Shown here: in pieces, positions 1 to 11,911 of the stretch
How positions within the stretch are numbered: the first letter of the stretch is position 1
Layout of the letters: each line of letters opens with the position of its first letter
From: Podarcis vaucheri
Taxonomy: Eukaryota
Assembly: GCA_965113315.1 (NCBI GenBank)
Contig: OZ220378.1
Strand: one strand, 5' to 3'
DNA: 64,000 nt
Made by a program: the position numbers and the translations under genes
The notes under the pieces: generated by a model
Database searches by the model: none
Seen by the model: only the letters and a program-made list of their open reading frames with translations
Told to the model about the DNA's origin: nothing

Positions 1-1376
1 AAGCTATATTAGGGAAGTCTGACCTGGTATAAGCAGCTTCTTAGATTCCTAAGAAGTCACTGAGGATTCACAGAGTACACCAAACCCTCAGGCTGCTTCC
101 AGCATCGCTAAACGCATAGTTCTCTCTGCCTCTGTGTGGCGCCAGAGCTCTGATCTTCCAACGCCATCCCTGCAGGTACCGTATATCACTTCTAAATATT
201 GTCCTTGCCTTTCATGGAGGAAGTATCAACCCATCTCCCCTGAGCAAATAATTTGCTTTATCAAGAATGGTCACTTCAGAATTTCCCACCTGCTAACCAT
301 ATTCACTCTGTGCCATCTGTGAGAGGCTACTTTGCCTAGCCAATGGTAGAGCCCACCCTGCTTTTGGCAATGGCTAATGAGCTAAAAACCAAGCCATGTT
401 CCTTTTCTCCAGCACTGCTTTACTGGAGTCTGAGACCTAGTGAGAAATCCGCCAGAGGTTACCATATCCCAGTCCTTGCTGTGTCCTTCCAAATGACAAG
501 CTAACATTTTTACCATTGTGCTTCACACATCCTGACCCTATGTAGAACGCTAAGCCTGCCAATTTTGATATGCTTAGGTCTGCCTAACTCTGATTAGGAA
601 AAACGCAGTTTGTTTTTATTGGTGGGGAGAGAAGCTTGGCACCTTTCCGCTATCAGACTGCAGCTCTGGAAGACTGCCACTGACTGATCGTTTCTCAGTG
701 CATCCTTTCTCTTTCAAATGACACCCAACTTCCCAACAGGAGCCATGATAGGGCAGGCTACAGTTGTCTGCTTGTGGCAACATTCTCTACTGGATTTGTT
801 TACTTCCAGTGCAGAACGCCAAGGTATTATGCCAGACTGGGGCTTAGTGTTGTGTAACTGGGGAGGACCATACTTTGGTAGCAGAACATATGTTTGCATG
901 GAGGCTCCATCTTTGGCATCTCAAGAGAGAAAGCATCAGGACATTCACAGGAAATGCTGCTAGGAAGCAGCTCATAGTCAACATAGGCCAACATAGGTGC
1001 CCTCTAACTGTTTCTGGCCACAGACCGGGGCAGCTTTAAAATAGGATTGGCCAACTTCAAGGACAAGGCCATCAGTGGCTACTAGCTACAACAGGTATGT
1101 TCTACCTCCACTGTCAGAGGCCATACACCTTGAATGCCAGTTTCTGGGAATCATGTATAGGGAAAGTGCTGTTGTACGAGGGTTCTGCTTGCAGGTTTTT
1201 CATAGGCATCCAGTTGGGACACTGTCAGAACAGAAGGCTGAATTAGATGGGCCTCTAGCCTGCTCCATCAGGGCTCTTGGGCACACAAGGCAGCTTCTTC
1301 TGTTCCTGTTGCATTTGTCTGTTGTCATGAAGCATAAAAACAGACGCATTCCAAATTCAGCCCCAGACTCATAATG

Positions 1377-1810
1377 TGTCAGGGAACTGACATCGGAGCC
1401 AGAGGCGGAGGGAAGGCTCCCAAGTGATGCTGGAGAAGGACCCAGCAGGGAGAGGAGCAGCTCATCAGCTGGGGAAGGAAATCAGCGCAACACCAGGGAT
1501 AAAGGGGGGCAGATGGGGGAATCAGTGAGAGGGCTCCAGGACTCCTCGCCGGACACCAGCGGGGAGAGCACGGGTCCTCCGCTACCCACACCCTCCCTGC
1601 GCAGAAGACTTCCGCGCAGGGAGAGTAGGAGGAGACTTGGCGTCAAACAGCTTTTATGCTGGAAAAGATTTAAGAAAAGCCCACTGACGGATTCTGCTAG
1701 CGACTGAAACAGCCACAAAGTGAAGGGCTGTCCAGACAGAAAGGTTTAACCAGGCAACCTAGCCAGGAGTGGCGGCAACTTACGCATGAGCAACCCCTAT
1801 TATTATTACA
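1377..1810. mobile_element. Solo LTR (434 bp) of an LTR retrotransposon
   Basis: Begins TG (tgtcaggg, 1377) and ends CA (attaca, 1810). Flanked by a perfect 5-bp target-site duplication TAATG (1372-1376 and 1811-1815). CpG-rich relative to the flanks, suggesting a young insertion. Confidence 0.8.
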
Positions 1811-2654
1811 TAATGCAAATGCAGAGAAACCTTGGTTGAATACTGTTTCACATTAGGAAGCCCGTATCACTTTCCCAAGGGCTACATTATGCCAGTAACT
1901 ATCTTTGGAGCAGGCAAGAACCCAGAATTCTCACAGCAAGATGTATGTTCATGTTTCTCTGCTGTGTATAAGGATCCAACTCTGCCAGTAGAAGAGGACT
2001 AGAACATGCTATCTTCAACCCCCTCATAAAACCACCCAGGCAGGGAAGATGCCAGATTTCTCCTGACTTTCTGCAGCTTCCAATAAGCATAGGTGAAGCT
2101 ATTAGTTTAATTGATCATTCATGAAGGAGAAAGCAAGGCCTATCAGAATCCACATGGATTTAGGGATGAGGAACCAGCAACATATGGAGAGTCTTAAGTC
2201 TCATCCTGACCACATTGTCTTGCCTAAAAGCAGTTGCTGAACAACACCTGAAAGGCCATGGGTGTCCTATCTCTGCTCTACATTAATGTTTGTATAGCTT
2301 GTGACTGCCCCCCTCCCCTAAGCTAAACCCTTGACAACCCTAATTTTAGAGTATCATGCAGGCAACAAGACCAGGACGTTTACTGAGTGGGCCCAAAGTT
2401 CTGCAGGATGGTTCTATGTACCCTTGTCAAAGGGGAAGTCTAACTCATTTCCCTTCCTCATTTTGTCCCAAATGAGACCCAAATAGTTCAACAAAGATCT
2501 CTAGGAACCTTTCCCAAACTTCAAGACAACCAGAATGAGACAAAAAGCAACACATTTTAATCGGAAGAAAGAGCACAGTCTTGTTTGAACTGCTCAGACT
2601 CTAATCTAGCCTCTAAGAGACACATTGCTTGGTGCCATAGGCAAGGCTGTGCTC

Positions 2655-5600
2655 CTATACATCAGGGCCACCTCCCTGCAACAGTTCCTTAATTCCTTTG
2701 AGGGATTCTGTGCAGGACCGGATAAGTGAGCAGAGCTGTATACTTGTTTCAACGCAAGTGCTCTGCTGGAGCTCGTGGACAGCCCAGTTGATCTTCTGCA
2801 GAATGGCCTCCTCTGCTGCAGCCAGGACACCAGTGGAAGGTGGGCAGGCAGGCACTGCAACAGGGGCTGGGAGTGCTGGAGCAATGGCAGAAGCTCTGAG
2901 TCCTGCTGCTGCCCCTTCACAGTGTTCTGGGCGTGGCACATGGCGAGGAGTTGGCAGAGAGGCGAGGTACTCAGGTGAAGTGGCATCATCCGAGTTAGCA
3001 GCTAGCTGTCGTTCACGCACTTGGGATAGAGCAGCTTGAGCATTCAGGGCTGCAGAGAAGAAGCACATAGGCATCACCACAGGACCCTGTTTCTCCTGGG
3101 CCTCCCTGAGCCCCTGCCCCAGTCCTGCGCACACACACACAAGCCTCTTGCAAGCATCCCAATGAAAAATAACAGGCAAGTACCACTGGAAGATCTAAGC
3201 AGCAACTTAACTTGTTAAGTGAAGCAGAAAAGGTTCTTTCCTGGCACACCCAGAGGCCCACTATAATAATTTTACAATAATAATATTTTTATGATTTATA
3301 TGCCGTCCATCTGACTGGATTGCCCCAGACACTCGGGACATCTCGGGACAACATTTAAAACTTTCCTGTACAGGGCTGCCTTCAGATGTCTTCTAAAGGC
3401 AGAATGAACAATACAAACATGAATATAGGGATTATCCCAAGTTGCCAGAGCATCAATGTGTAAGCATTAAACAAGTGCTGCAGCACCAGTTATGGTTTAT
3501 AGCAACGGCAGCATTTAAACTGCCAGAAATGGAGTCAGGCTCATGAATTATTTCCAGCTAATTAAGAAATACCTCTCCCCACCAACATATAACGGGAGGA
3601 AAGCCCTAGTTCCTAATTCCCACCCTCTGGTCCAAGACTCCTACCCTTCCCAATCCATCCCAGTGAGGCAACCTCCACACACTACCCCAAACATACCCGG
3701 ATTGTCCTTGTCAACATCAGAATTAAGTTCTTGGCAGGCAACACAGTACAATTTCTTCTGCTTGTCTTGCAGCAAAATGGTCTGAAAGGGCAAGGTTATA
3801 GCAAGGAGAGAAAAGTGTCAGAGCCTGCAAAAGGAATGTGATGTGTGTGAGAGAGAAAGAATGGTGTATGGGGATGGGGAGGTGAGAGAAATGACACCAG
3901 CGAAATAAATAAAAACCTGGATTCTAGGCGCCCAAATTCTAACTGTGAGCTAATGTTTGATAGAGAAAAGATTGTCACAAGATGTCAGGTGCTGAGGAGA
4001 GAAGCAGGAGCTTCCTCCACTTTAAAGAGACAGATGCAAAATACTGGGTGCCAACCTGGGCACAATTTACCTCATTGTTTTTGCAATTACATTCAGGGAC
4101 ATATAAAAAAGCATTCTGCACTTGCTTAAGACCAACAGATATCCCTTCTTCAGAAAGCCTCCAGCTCTCTCCAAGGAAAAGATTAGGGCAAAACTATTGT
4201 GTGCATGTGTGTGTAGTGGTGGGGATCACAAATGATATGCAGGTGCTGCTTTCTGGATCCCTCCTATCTTCTACTGACCATATGACTGCATATTGAAACC
4301 AGTGCTCTGATTACTGGAGAGAGAGGAGCTCTCTTGGCTCCTGTTTTTAGAAAACTACAGGAGAAAAAGATTTGGCTAAAATCTGGGTGAGAACTCAAAG
4401 GCTTGTTGATCTCATTATTCCCACCCCAACTTTCTCATCAACTTTCTCAGGCATCGCATTTTTTCCCATGGTTTGAGCATAACTTGCCATTTCTCACGGT
4501 TGTTGCAAACTTGCTGAGCCTATGTGTGGCCCTCTCTCACAACCTCGTAAATAAGACCCAAAAGTCTTAGTTGCCTTCTAAAAAATAGTTGGCAGAGGCT
4601 AGCTAAGGAAGGGCAGAGAGCTCTGTTTCTCCCACAACAGCCTTTCTTTGGATGAGTGGCCTTTTCTCTCCCAGTAGCCCACTTACCTTTTATGCTGGGA
4701 TCAGAGGAAGGATGGAACCTTCTGTTTCTCTTCCACCAGCCTACTCGCTAGCCTGTGGCATCAGGTGAAAGCTGAAATATGCTTTGCAGGCCAGTGACTG
4801 CCACAAAAACAGCATATACAAGCCATAATAATACTCAACACTGCCACAAACTATTTCAAGCATTCAGAATGCTTCTTATACGTTATCTTGCTGTATTCAA
4901 CAGCCCTGAAAAATGGAAAGCATATTGTAGATGGGGAATGAAGTGCAGCTAGGAGACATGGCAGTGGAAAGATTCAGACCAGTGACTCCACAATTCAGAG
5001 CTCAACCTCAGCTCAACCTTTAGCAACCTGCTACCCTGATGCCTTCGTGTAGGCATCAGGTTGGCAAAGGCTGTCTTTGCCAGTCGCTACACCAACTCTT
5101 CATTATTATATAAAAGTACCGCACTTCAGGGAATTCTCCTGCCTTTAAGGTGCTTGAGTTTAAGAATGGTTTTTTATTATTATTTATTAAAAGCCCTTAA
5201 ACTTCTCTCAGATGTTCTGCAGCTCCAACCTGCCCAGAAATTCTTCCTTGGCGGAGCAGGGAGAAAAGAATGACAGAAGATAGGGCACTCTGAGCGTGCT
5301 CAGAGGTCCCTTCGTTCTCCCCCTCGGCCTCGCGCTCTGCAAACGTGACCAGGCGCCTTCGCCTCCTCTCACCCCGCACTCCTCGCAGCAGTCGCCCAGC
5401 ATGCGGTAGCCCTTGAGGAGATAGTCGCTCATCAGCTTGCTGATCTTGTCCTGCCGTTCGCGCCGGGCCTGGATCACCTTCTGCTCCGCCTCCGACGGCG
5501 GCTGCCACTCCGGCTCGTCGCCTGGGCGAGGGGGGGAGAATGGGAACAACGGCGGTGGGGAAACAAGCCTTCGCGGTCCCCGTCCCGCTAGCCGATTACT

Positions 5601-5688
5601 GGGCCAGGCTCGCCTCTCGCCAGGGCCTGCAGGCCCGGTTGCCATGGTTACCCCTCCCCGCTCACTTACCTGCCGCGTTCAGCGCCAT
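2655..5688 (-). CDS. ZNRD2: Zinc ribbon domain-containing protein 2 (SSSCA1 / Sjogren syndrome-scleroderma autoantigen 1), 215 aa
   Basis: Coding exons 5670-5688, 5373-5521, 3697-3781 and 2655-3049, all GT-AG and in phase (648 nt). Spliced product MALNAAGDEPEWQPPSEAEQKVIQARRERQDKISKLMSDYLLKGYRMLGDCCEECG-TILLQDKQKKLYCVACQELNSDVDKDNP-ALNAQAALSQ...VPRPEHCEGAAAGL...ETSIQLCSLIRSC matches SSSCA1 (CxxC...CxxC ribbon). ATTAAA poly(A) signal on minus at 2556-2561. Confidence 0.95.
3262..3400 (-). mobile_element. L2/CR1-clade LINE 3' end fragment
   Basis: AAT-rich tail followed by ccatctgactggattgccccag...gggctgccttcagatg; same family as 6341-6680. Confidence 0.55.
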
Positions 5689-5900
5689 GATGTTTCCCGG
5701 ACGCCGCAGCTTCCGGCTTTGGCCACGCCTCCTCCCTGGTCGTCCTGCGCAGAAACTCCGCCTACAAGCCTCTCTGTCCTCATTTCTTTCCCTCCCCGCA
5801 CGAAACTGAGGCGTTAAAACGAAGGTTCCGGCAGGACGTTTGCTTCCACTTTACGTGAACGCACGGAAATTGGCTAGGGGGCAGCGTAGAGTCTAGTTTC
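5300..5900 (-). promoter_or_regulatory. ZNRD2 CpG-island promoter with RFX X-box and ETS sites
   Basis: CpG-dense segment over exons 1-2. GTTGCCATGGTTAC at 5638-5651 (intron 1). CTTCCGG ETS-type motif near 5710. Confidence 0.7.
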
Positions 5901-6340
5901 AAGCTTGCCTGGAATCCGTAGATTCTGGCACGCACAGGCTTCCCTCCCATAAACCCACGATGTGTCTGCGGAAGAAAGTTTGCAGCCGCTTCAAGGGAGA
6001 GAAGTCACTCTGCACATGCTCAGTGGGAGGCAAGGTTCAGTGGTAGAGGACATGCTTTCTATGCAGTGCCCCAGGATTTGGCAAGGCATTTGAATGAGAA
6101 AATGGAAAGCTGCTGCTCAGTGGAATACACAGTGCTGGTCTAGGTGAATTAAGTATGGGTGGGATCATAGTTCACATCTTTGCATGCAAAATGTTCTAGG
6201 TTCAATTCATGGCATCCTCGGTGAAACCAATATCAAGTGACAGGTGATGTAGAAGAGCAGCTGCCAGTTTGCGGGGGCAATAATGGGCTAAATTGTTGCT
6301 TCTTTTCTTTCTGACTGGGGTTTCCCAGAGATATAAGAAG

Positions 6341-6680
6341 AATAATAATTTATTATTTATACCCCACCCATCTGGCTGGGTTTCCCCAGCCACTCTGGGC
6401 AGCTTCCAACTGAATATTAAAAACAGTATAGCATCAAACATTAAAAATGTCCCTAAAGACAGCTGCCTTCAGATGACTTTTAAAAGTAAAATAGTTGTTT
6501 ATTGCTTTGACATCTGCTGGGAGGGCGTTCCACAGGGCAGGCGCCACTACCGAGAAGGCCCTCTGCCTGGTTCCCTGTAACCTTACTTCTTGCAATGAGG
6601 GAACCGCCAGAAGGCCCTCGGCGCTGGATCTCTGTGTCCAGGCTGAACGATGGGGGTGGAGACGCTCCTATATGGCCATC
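6341..6680 (-). mobile_element. L2/CR1-clade LINE 3' fragment
   Basis: aataataatttattatttatacccc tail, then ccatctggctgggtttccccagccactctgggc...gggagggcgttccacagggcaggcgccactaccgagaaggccct. I recognise this as a lizard LINE 3' region; related copy at 3262. Confidence 0.6.
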
Positions 6681-6829
6681 TAACCAAAACACAGATATCT
6701 TGCAGTACGATTCTATGCATGTGTACTCAAATTTCACTGAATTTAATGGGACATACTTCCAGGTGTGTATAATATTGCAGCTCAACACTAATAATTCATT
6801 TACCTGCACAAGTTCCTCTGGGATGCCCT

Positions 6830-7189
6830 TAAAGGTAAAGGTACCCCTGCCCGAACGGGCCAGTCTTGACAGACTCTGGGGTTTGTGCGCCCATCTCACA
6901 TCTATTGGCCGGGGGCCAGCGCTGTCCGAAGACACTTCCGGGTCACGTGGCCAGCGTGACAACGCTGCTCTGGCGAGCCAGAGCCGCACACGGAACGCCG
7001 TTTACCTTCCCGCTGGTAAGCGGTACCTATTTATCTACTTGCCCCCGGGGGTGCTTTCGAACTGCTAGGTGGGCAGGCGCTGGGACCGAGCAGCGGGAGC
7101 GCACCCCGCCGCGGGGATTCGAACCGCCGACCTTTCGATCGGCAAGCCCTAGGCGTTGAGGCTTTAGCCCACAGCGCCACCCGCAACCC
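6830..7189 (-). mobile_element. Full-length Sauria SINE
   Basis: On minus: tRNA-like head GGGTTGCGGGTGGCGCTGTGGGCTAAAG (A-box) and GGTTCGAATCC (B-box), core CACGTGACCCGGAAGTGT, and (ACCTTT)n tail at about 6831-6843. CpGs are intact. Confidence 0.9.
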
Positions 7190-7419
7190 TGGTAAGTTCT
7201 AATTAAAGTGAAAATTACTTCTGGAGATGGTGGAGAAACCCAGCAGTTTATTGTTGCAGTCAGTTAGCAGCAGCCTGGGTATGCTGACCTCTCGCCCTCA
7301 AGTAAAGGCAAAAAAGAAAGGAGTTCATGCTATTCAAAATCAACTTATTTGGGATAAATGTGCTTGAGGGTTTTTAAAAAACTGAAATGCAAATATAGGG
7401 CAGATTTTTATCTCCATAC

Positions 7420-7575
7420 AGACAGTGTGCACAACGTATATTTAAATGACATTGCTTTCCCCAAAGAACCTCAGAAACTAGTTTGTTGGGAGTTGTAGTT
7501 CTGTAAGGTGGAAGTTTCAGTTCCCAGAACTCTTGGGGGGAAACCATATGCTTTAAATGTAGGGCATGTATGCAG
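7420..7575. repeat. Short squamate non-autonomous element (ctttaaatgtatggtgtg family)
   Basis: Same motif order (ttcccag..tcttgggg..gctttaaatgt) recurs at about 50500-50650 and 60555-60715. Confidence 0.5.
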
Positions 7576-7899
7576 TCCAAGTGGTGGGGTAGGAGGGTGT
7601 GATGTCTATGACAATCCAACAGTGTATTCCCCCGCTATGATCCCCAATCTGCACGTTGGGGATGAGGTCATAACCATCTTGTTTCATGATGCTGATACCA
7701 ACCCAGTAGATGGGAGACTGAGCTTGATACTCTCTAATAAAAGACTTCATATTATTGCCATTTTGCTCTTTATTGATGAAATGCAACAGAACAGATCACG
7801 GTCTGCAGTGAAATATTACAGAGATCACTCGCTATTAATTTCCAAATAGAAACAATAATGTAGCAGGATATTAAAAACATTTCAAGTGTACTCTTTCGG

Positions 7900-9600
7900 C
7901 TAGCTCTGTTCACATGGTTGTATCTTCAGACAGACCCAGTTCCCGGGGTTCTTTTCTTTGCGGGCAGCGGGGCGGGTTGTCCCGTTCAAACGAGACAGGG
8001 AAGCAAAAACCAAGCGATACCATGTCAGAGGCAGCAAAAATAAAATTGCTTGGTGGTTTTCTTTCTATACCTTTCCCCCTCCGGTCACAGCAACGCCGAA
8101 ACTCTCTTTCTGATGTTCTTGCAATATGAAGCCCTCGTGTGCCGCGGGCGACTAAAAATGGTTTACAAAGCTACCCTGGAAGTTTAAGCTAACGACAATT
8201 CACGAGCGCCCACTAAAGGCGGGCTGACCCTAGAAAGAAAAATACAGGCTGTTTCTGTTTCTCGGTGGACTTTTCCCGCCCCCACTATACAGAAGCGAAC
8301 GCTGGGCATAGAAATCATTGGGAAAATCCAGACTTAAGTTGTGGTTGGTCAAAGATTGCAGCAAATTTTTTTTAATCATTTCAGAAAAATGTGAAAGCGC
8401 AACTCTTCTGTGCGCGAGGTAGCGGAGCGTGAGACTCCTGTAACGCAACTGATTGCTGCATTAGGGCTGTCAGAGACTCAGTAAGACTGAAGCAAAGTTT
8501 CAAGCAACGTAACCACCATGCTGGCATTTGCACTGGCAGGATGTTTAAACGCAAGCAAAGCAAACAGTGGGGTTTTTTTTCATACGAAGACTCAAGTTGG
8601 AAAGAGGACGAAGAGGGCTAGAGTCGCACCTACAGTAAAACGCCGGATTTTGCAACACTGTTCCAGCTCGGCATGTAGTAGCTGTTTAAAATCCGGGCGA
8701 GGTGCGCTTCTCAGTTTTGTCGTTCTGTGGTTGCGACCAATCGCGACTAGGGAGCGCTGAATTTTAATACCTCCCCTCCCGCGCGCCCTCGGCTGTGGAA
8801 AGGACCAGAAAGCAGCTAATGGCGATTGGCTTAGGTCTCGGAGAAAACTGGCTTCTACCAATCGACGTAGAGTATGTTAATAAGGGCGGAACTTCCTGCC
8901 ACCATTAAAAAGTATCGTCCGGTTCCGCCTCTCAGGCGGTTGCCGTGGCAACGGGTGGCACGCGCTGCCGCTGCTCTTGCAGCGGCTGCGGGATACGGTG
9001 GGGATGGCCTAGTGGCGGCGTCTACCTGTGCCGCCGCCAACCTGTCTGCACGCCGGCCTCGGGCTCCCTCCAAGCGAGCAGAAATTGGCCCGCCACGCCT
9101 AAATGCATAGCCCGAGTGCAAGAGGCTTTGCAGCGCCTTCTCGGCAGCCTCTCCTCTGTTCGCCGGCGGTGTGTAGTGGGCGCCCAGCGCAACTGCCTCT
9201 CCTTGAAGACACATTTGGTGTGCGACCCGCGAAAGCAACCTCATCATCATCCGCCGCCGCCGCCACCCTCAAGAACTCCGTGTTGGCTCGCCTCTCCGAA
9301 GGGGCCGAGCTCCACCAGCTGGGGGCGCAGGGCGAGGCGGGATTCTTAAAAAAGGCCTACTAAACTCTGCCAAAGGGATCGAACCTAGTTTTATGCTGGA
9401 ATAATTTCTCGCAGAGACCTATCAGACGGGGTACAAGTCTGACGCCGCAAACGGGTTGACACCTGGAGCCGCAGATACCTGTGCTCCATTTGTCCCGCAG
9501 TCGCAAAGCTTCGGGGGAAAGTCGGTAACGGGTCCTAACCTCTTAGGGTTCCCAAGGGAGTCGGCGTAGGAAGGGCAGGTTACAAAGGGATATGTAGTGA
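7900..9600. promoter_or_regulatory. Orphan CpG island / probable bidirectional promoter with no recognisable coding gene
   Basis: High CpG density. CCAAT at 8737-8741 and 8858-8862, ATTGG at 8825-8829, GC box at 8884-8890, ETS ACTTCC at 8891-8896, X-box GTTGCCGTGGCAAC at 8939-8952, TATA-like TATTAAAA on minus at 8762-8769. Confidence 0.65.
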
Positions 9601-11911
9601 CACCTGGGAAACTAGGCTTGATGATGTGTCTGCTTAAGTGACCTGTGATGCCTATTGACACCTGATCTGAAGTTTGCTGAAGGGTAAGTGTAAGCAGGTG
9701 TGTGACTAACCAGTCTTTTCAATAAAGTTTGGCTAGCACAGCAGGCCAATTCATGCTAGAGGAAGCAACAGAATTCTCTTCAACACAGAAAGTACAGCAG
9801 GCCCCTCTCAAAGCTACGATTTCAGTGTTCTTTAAAAGGAAGCCGATTCAACCTAAATGAGATTAAACCTGAGGTTGGGACACAACCCAGGGATGGACAC
9901 ACTGCACTGAGTGAAATGGGCAACTTATAAGGTACATACTATTTTAATATTTAATTCAGGACGTCAGAGTGCTTAAGGCTACAAACCCCAGAAGGAAACA
10001 GCAATTGCATTCGTGTTCAGGAAGCTGAACTGAAAATCCTTGGTTCAGCAAGGCTTGACCACTTGGATATAGGTCTTCTGCAATACCTCTAATGCACTTT
10101 TTACACACTTAACACAGTTCACATTTCCTCTTCTGTCTGCACAGGAATGGAGCAGACTTGTACTGTCTTGAACTACTTCCCTGAGGCAGTAGGGAAGTGT
10201 TAGATTGTTTTCTAGACCTATTTTTAAAAATGCCCCACCACACCATTTTTAATAAATGGGAGAAGAGACACAGTGTAGATGGGCAGTAAGCTCTTGAAGG
10301 ATAGAAACTGAACATTTACCAGGAGAAACACATGCTGTCTTACTTCTACCACAGTAAAATCAGAGATCTCTTCCCTTTGCATTGATGCACATTTTGGCCA
10401 GCCCATCAACTCTCAAGCCCATAATTACCTTTTCCCCAAGGGGCACAGAAGGCAGATGATTGTGTAACTACAGGCAGCATAAAAACAAAGAGCGCTGCTC
10501 CTTTTTAAATTTCCATTTGTGGTCTCATTGGGAAAGTTCAATGTAGGCCTCACTAATTGAAGGGGAAAGTAATTATATGTAAGACTGTGCCCTTTGGTTT
10601 TAAGGAGCAATCCACTCTAGACTGGAATTGCAGCTCATCTGACACAAAGGGACCAAGCAAAACACTATTTAGAGCTTGTTGATGTGTTCTTGGGTGATTC
10701 TGTCTGTGTCATAGGGAAACTAAGAGGGCAGATCATGCAAGTCACAAGAAGTATTTGCCCCAAAACTCAAGAGCCTTAAAAACATGGAACAGATTCAGGC
10801 CAGGAATACAGCAAGTTTGCACATTTTAATCAGTTGCCCAGAAAGCATAATCCTATAAAAAGCAGTACAATTATTTATTAACTACCTACTTGGAAAAACA
10901 CAGATAAGATTGGCTTCACTCCAAGCATTTTTGTCAAATTATTACTAGAAAATGAGCAAGCGTTCAGCCAACATTGTCAGTTGACAATGCTGCTTTTTGC
11001 TTTGTGTAGCCACGCTTACTTAAAACTCTGATTAGATTCTAATTGCTACTGCTGTTCATAAACAGTTGTAATGAAATGGAAAAATATAAAGAGGGGGGAA
11101 ATGTCTCTTTGCAGTTGCACTGTGAGTTAACAGTGGCAGAAAAAGGCATTCATTAAAAAAACAAAAAAAGTTTTGCTGCAAGTGATGAAAACAGGTTTCC
11201 TGCTACAAAAGCAGCAGCACTTGGGGAGAGTACAACTACCTGCCAATAATGTCCTGGAAGATGTCCAGCTGTCCTCACCCTTCAGCATTCTGGCACTATA
11301 TTTTGTGCAGAGATAGCAGTAGTAGGACATGGCACAATCTAACCAATATAGTAGGCAACATCAAGCTGAACTCCACACTTGCTCCTGACAGAACCATCAC
11401 TTCAGCCCTTCACGGCTTCATGAACATCTCTCTCAATTTCTCCTACATCTTGGGGTGTGGAGCCCTCACCTATCCATGGTATTCCTCTACTTGAACCCCT
11501 GTGAGAAACCTGACTTCTCCCACTATCTGAAAAACTTAACACCATGAAAGACAAATAGGACAGATATATTGAAGTGGGGAGAGAGAAGGGAGAGGTTCCC
11601 AAAAAGCTTGTAAGGGAGCAGTCTTAAATATTGCAGGAATAACAAACACTGGAGACAGAGACCTCCCAGTTCTAGGCCTGAAGGCTGTTCCAGGCCTCTA
11701 AATATCCTGTGAAACTAAAAAGGGGAGTATTTTGATAGCATTGATCACTTATCATCATCACTGTGTGATGATCACCCACCAGCAGGGATGGTCCTGAGTT
11801 CTGCTGTTTACATACACACTTGTATGTAATATGAACGGAGTAACAGCAACATACACACCCCACCAAAACCACCAGGCAGCTGGATTTCCTAAACTATCAG
11901 TCTGCCTACTT

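Noticed and set aside
6480-7159. Long ORFs of 97-169 aa
   Set aside because: They run through L2 and Sauria SINE sequence and are not genes.
7898-7960. Vault or Y RNA-like start (ggctagctctg...ttcttttcttt)
   Set aside because: No proper A or B box and no terminal stem.
9612-9680. C/D box snoRNA-like arrangement (TGATGA at 9619-9624; CTGA at 9662, 9667 and 9677)
   Set aside because: Short, the C box lacks the purine, the terminal stem fits kink-turn geometry poorly, and I see at most about 8 nt of possible rRNA complementarity. A snoscan or Infernal run could revive it.
10972-10989. 8-bp hairpin cattgtca-gt-tgacaatg downstream of RBM14
   Set aside because: Short enough to be expected by chance in 64 kb, with no supporting context.
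7200-11100. MALAT1/NEAT1-type triple helix plus tRNA-like element, considered because of 11q13 homology
   Set aside because: No paired U-rich motifs flanking a stem followed by an A-rich tract on either strand.
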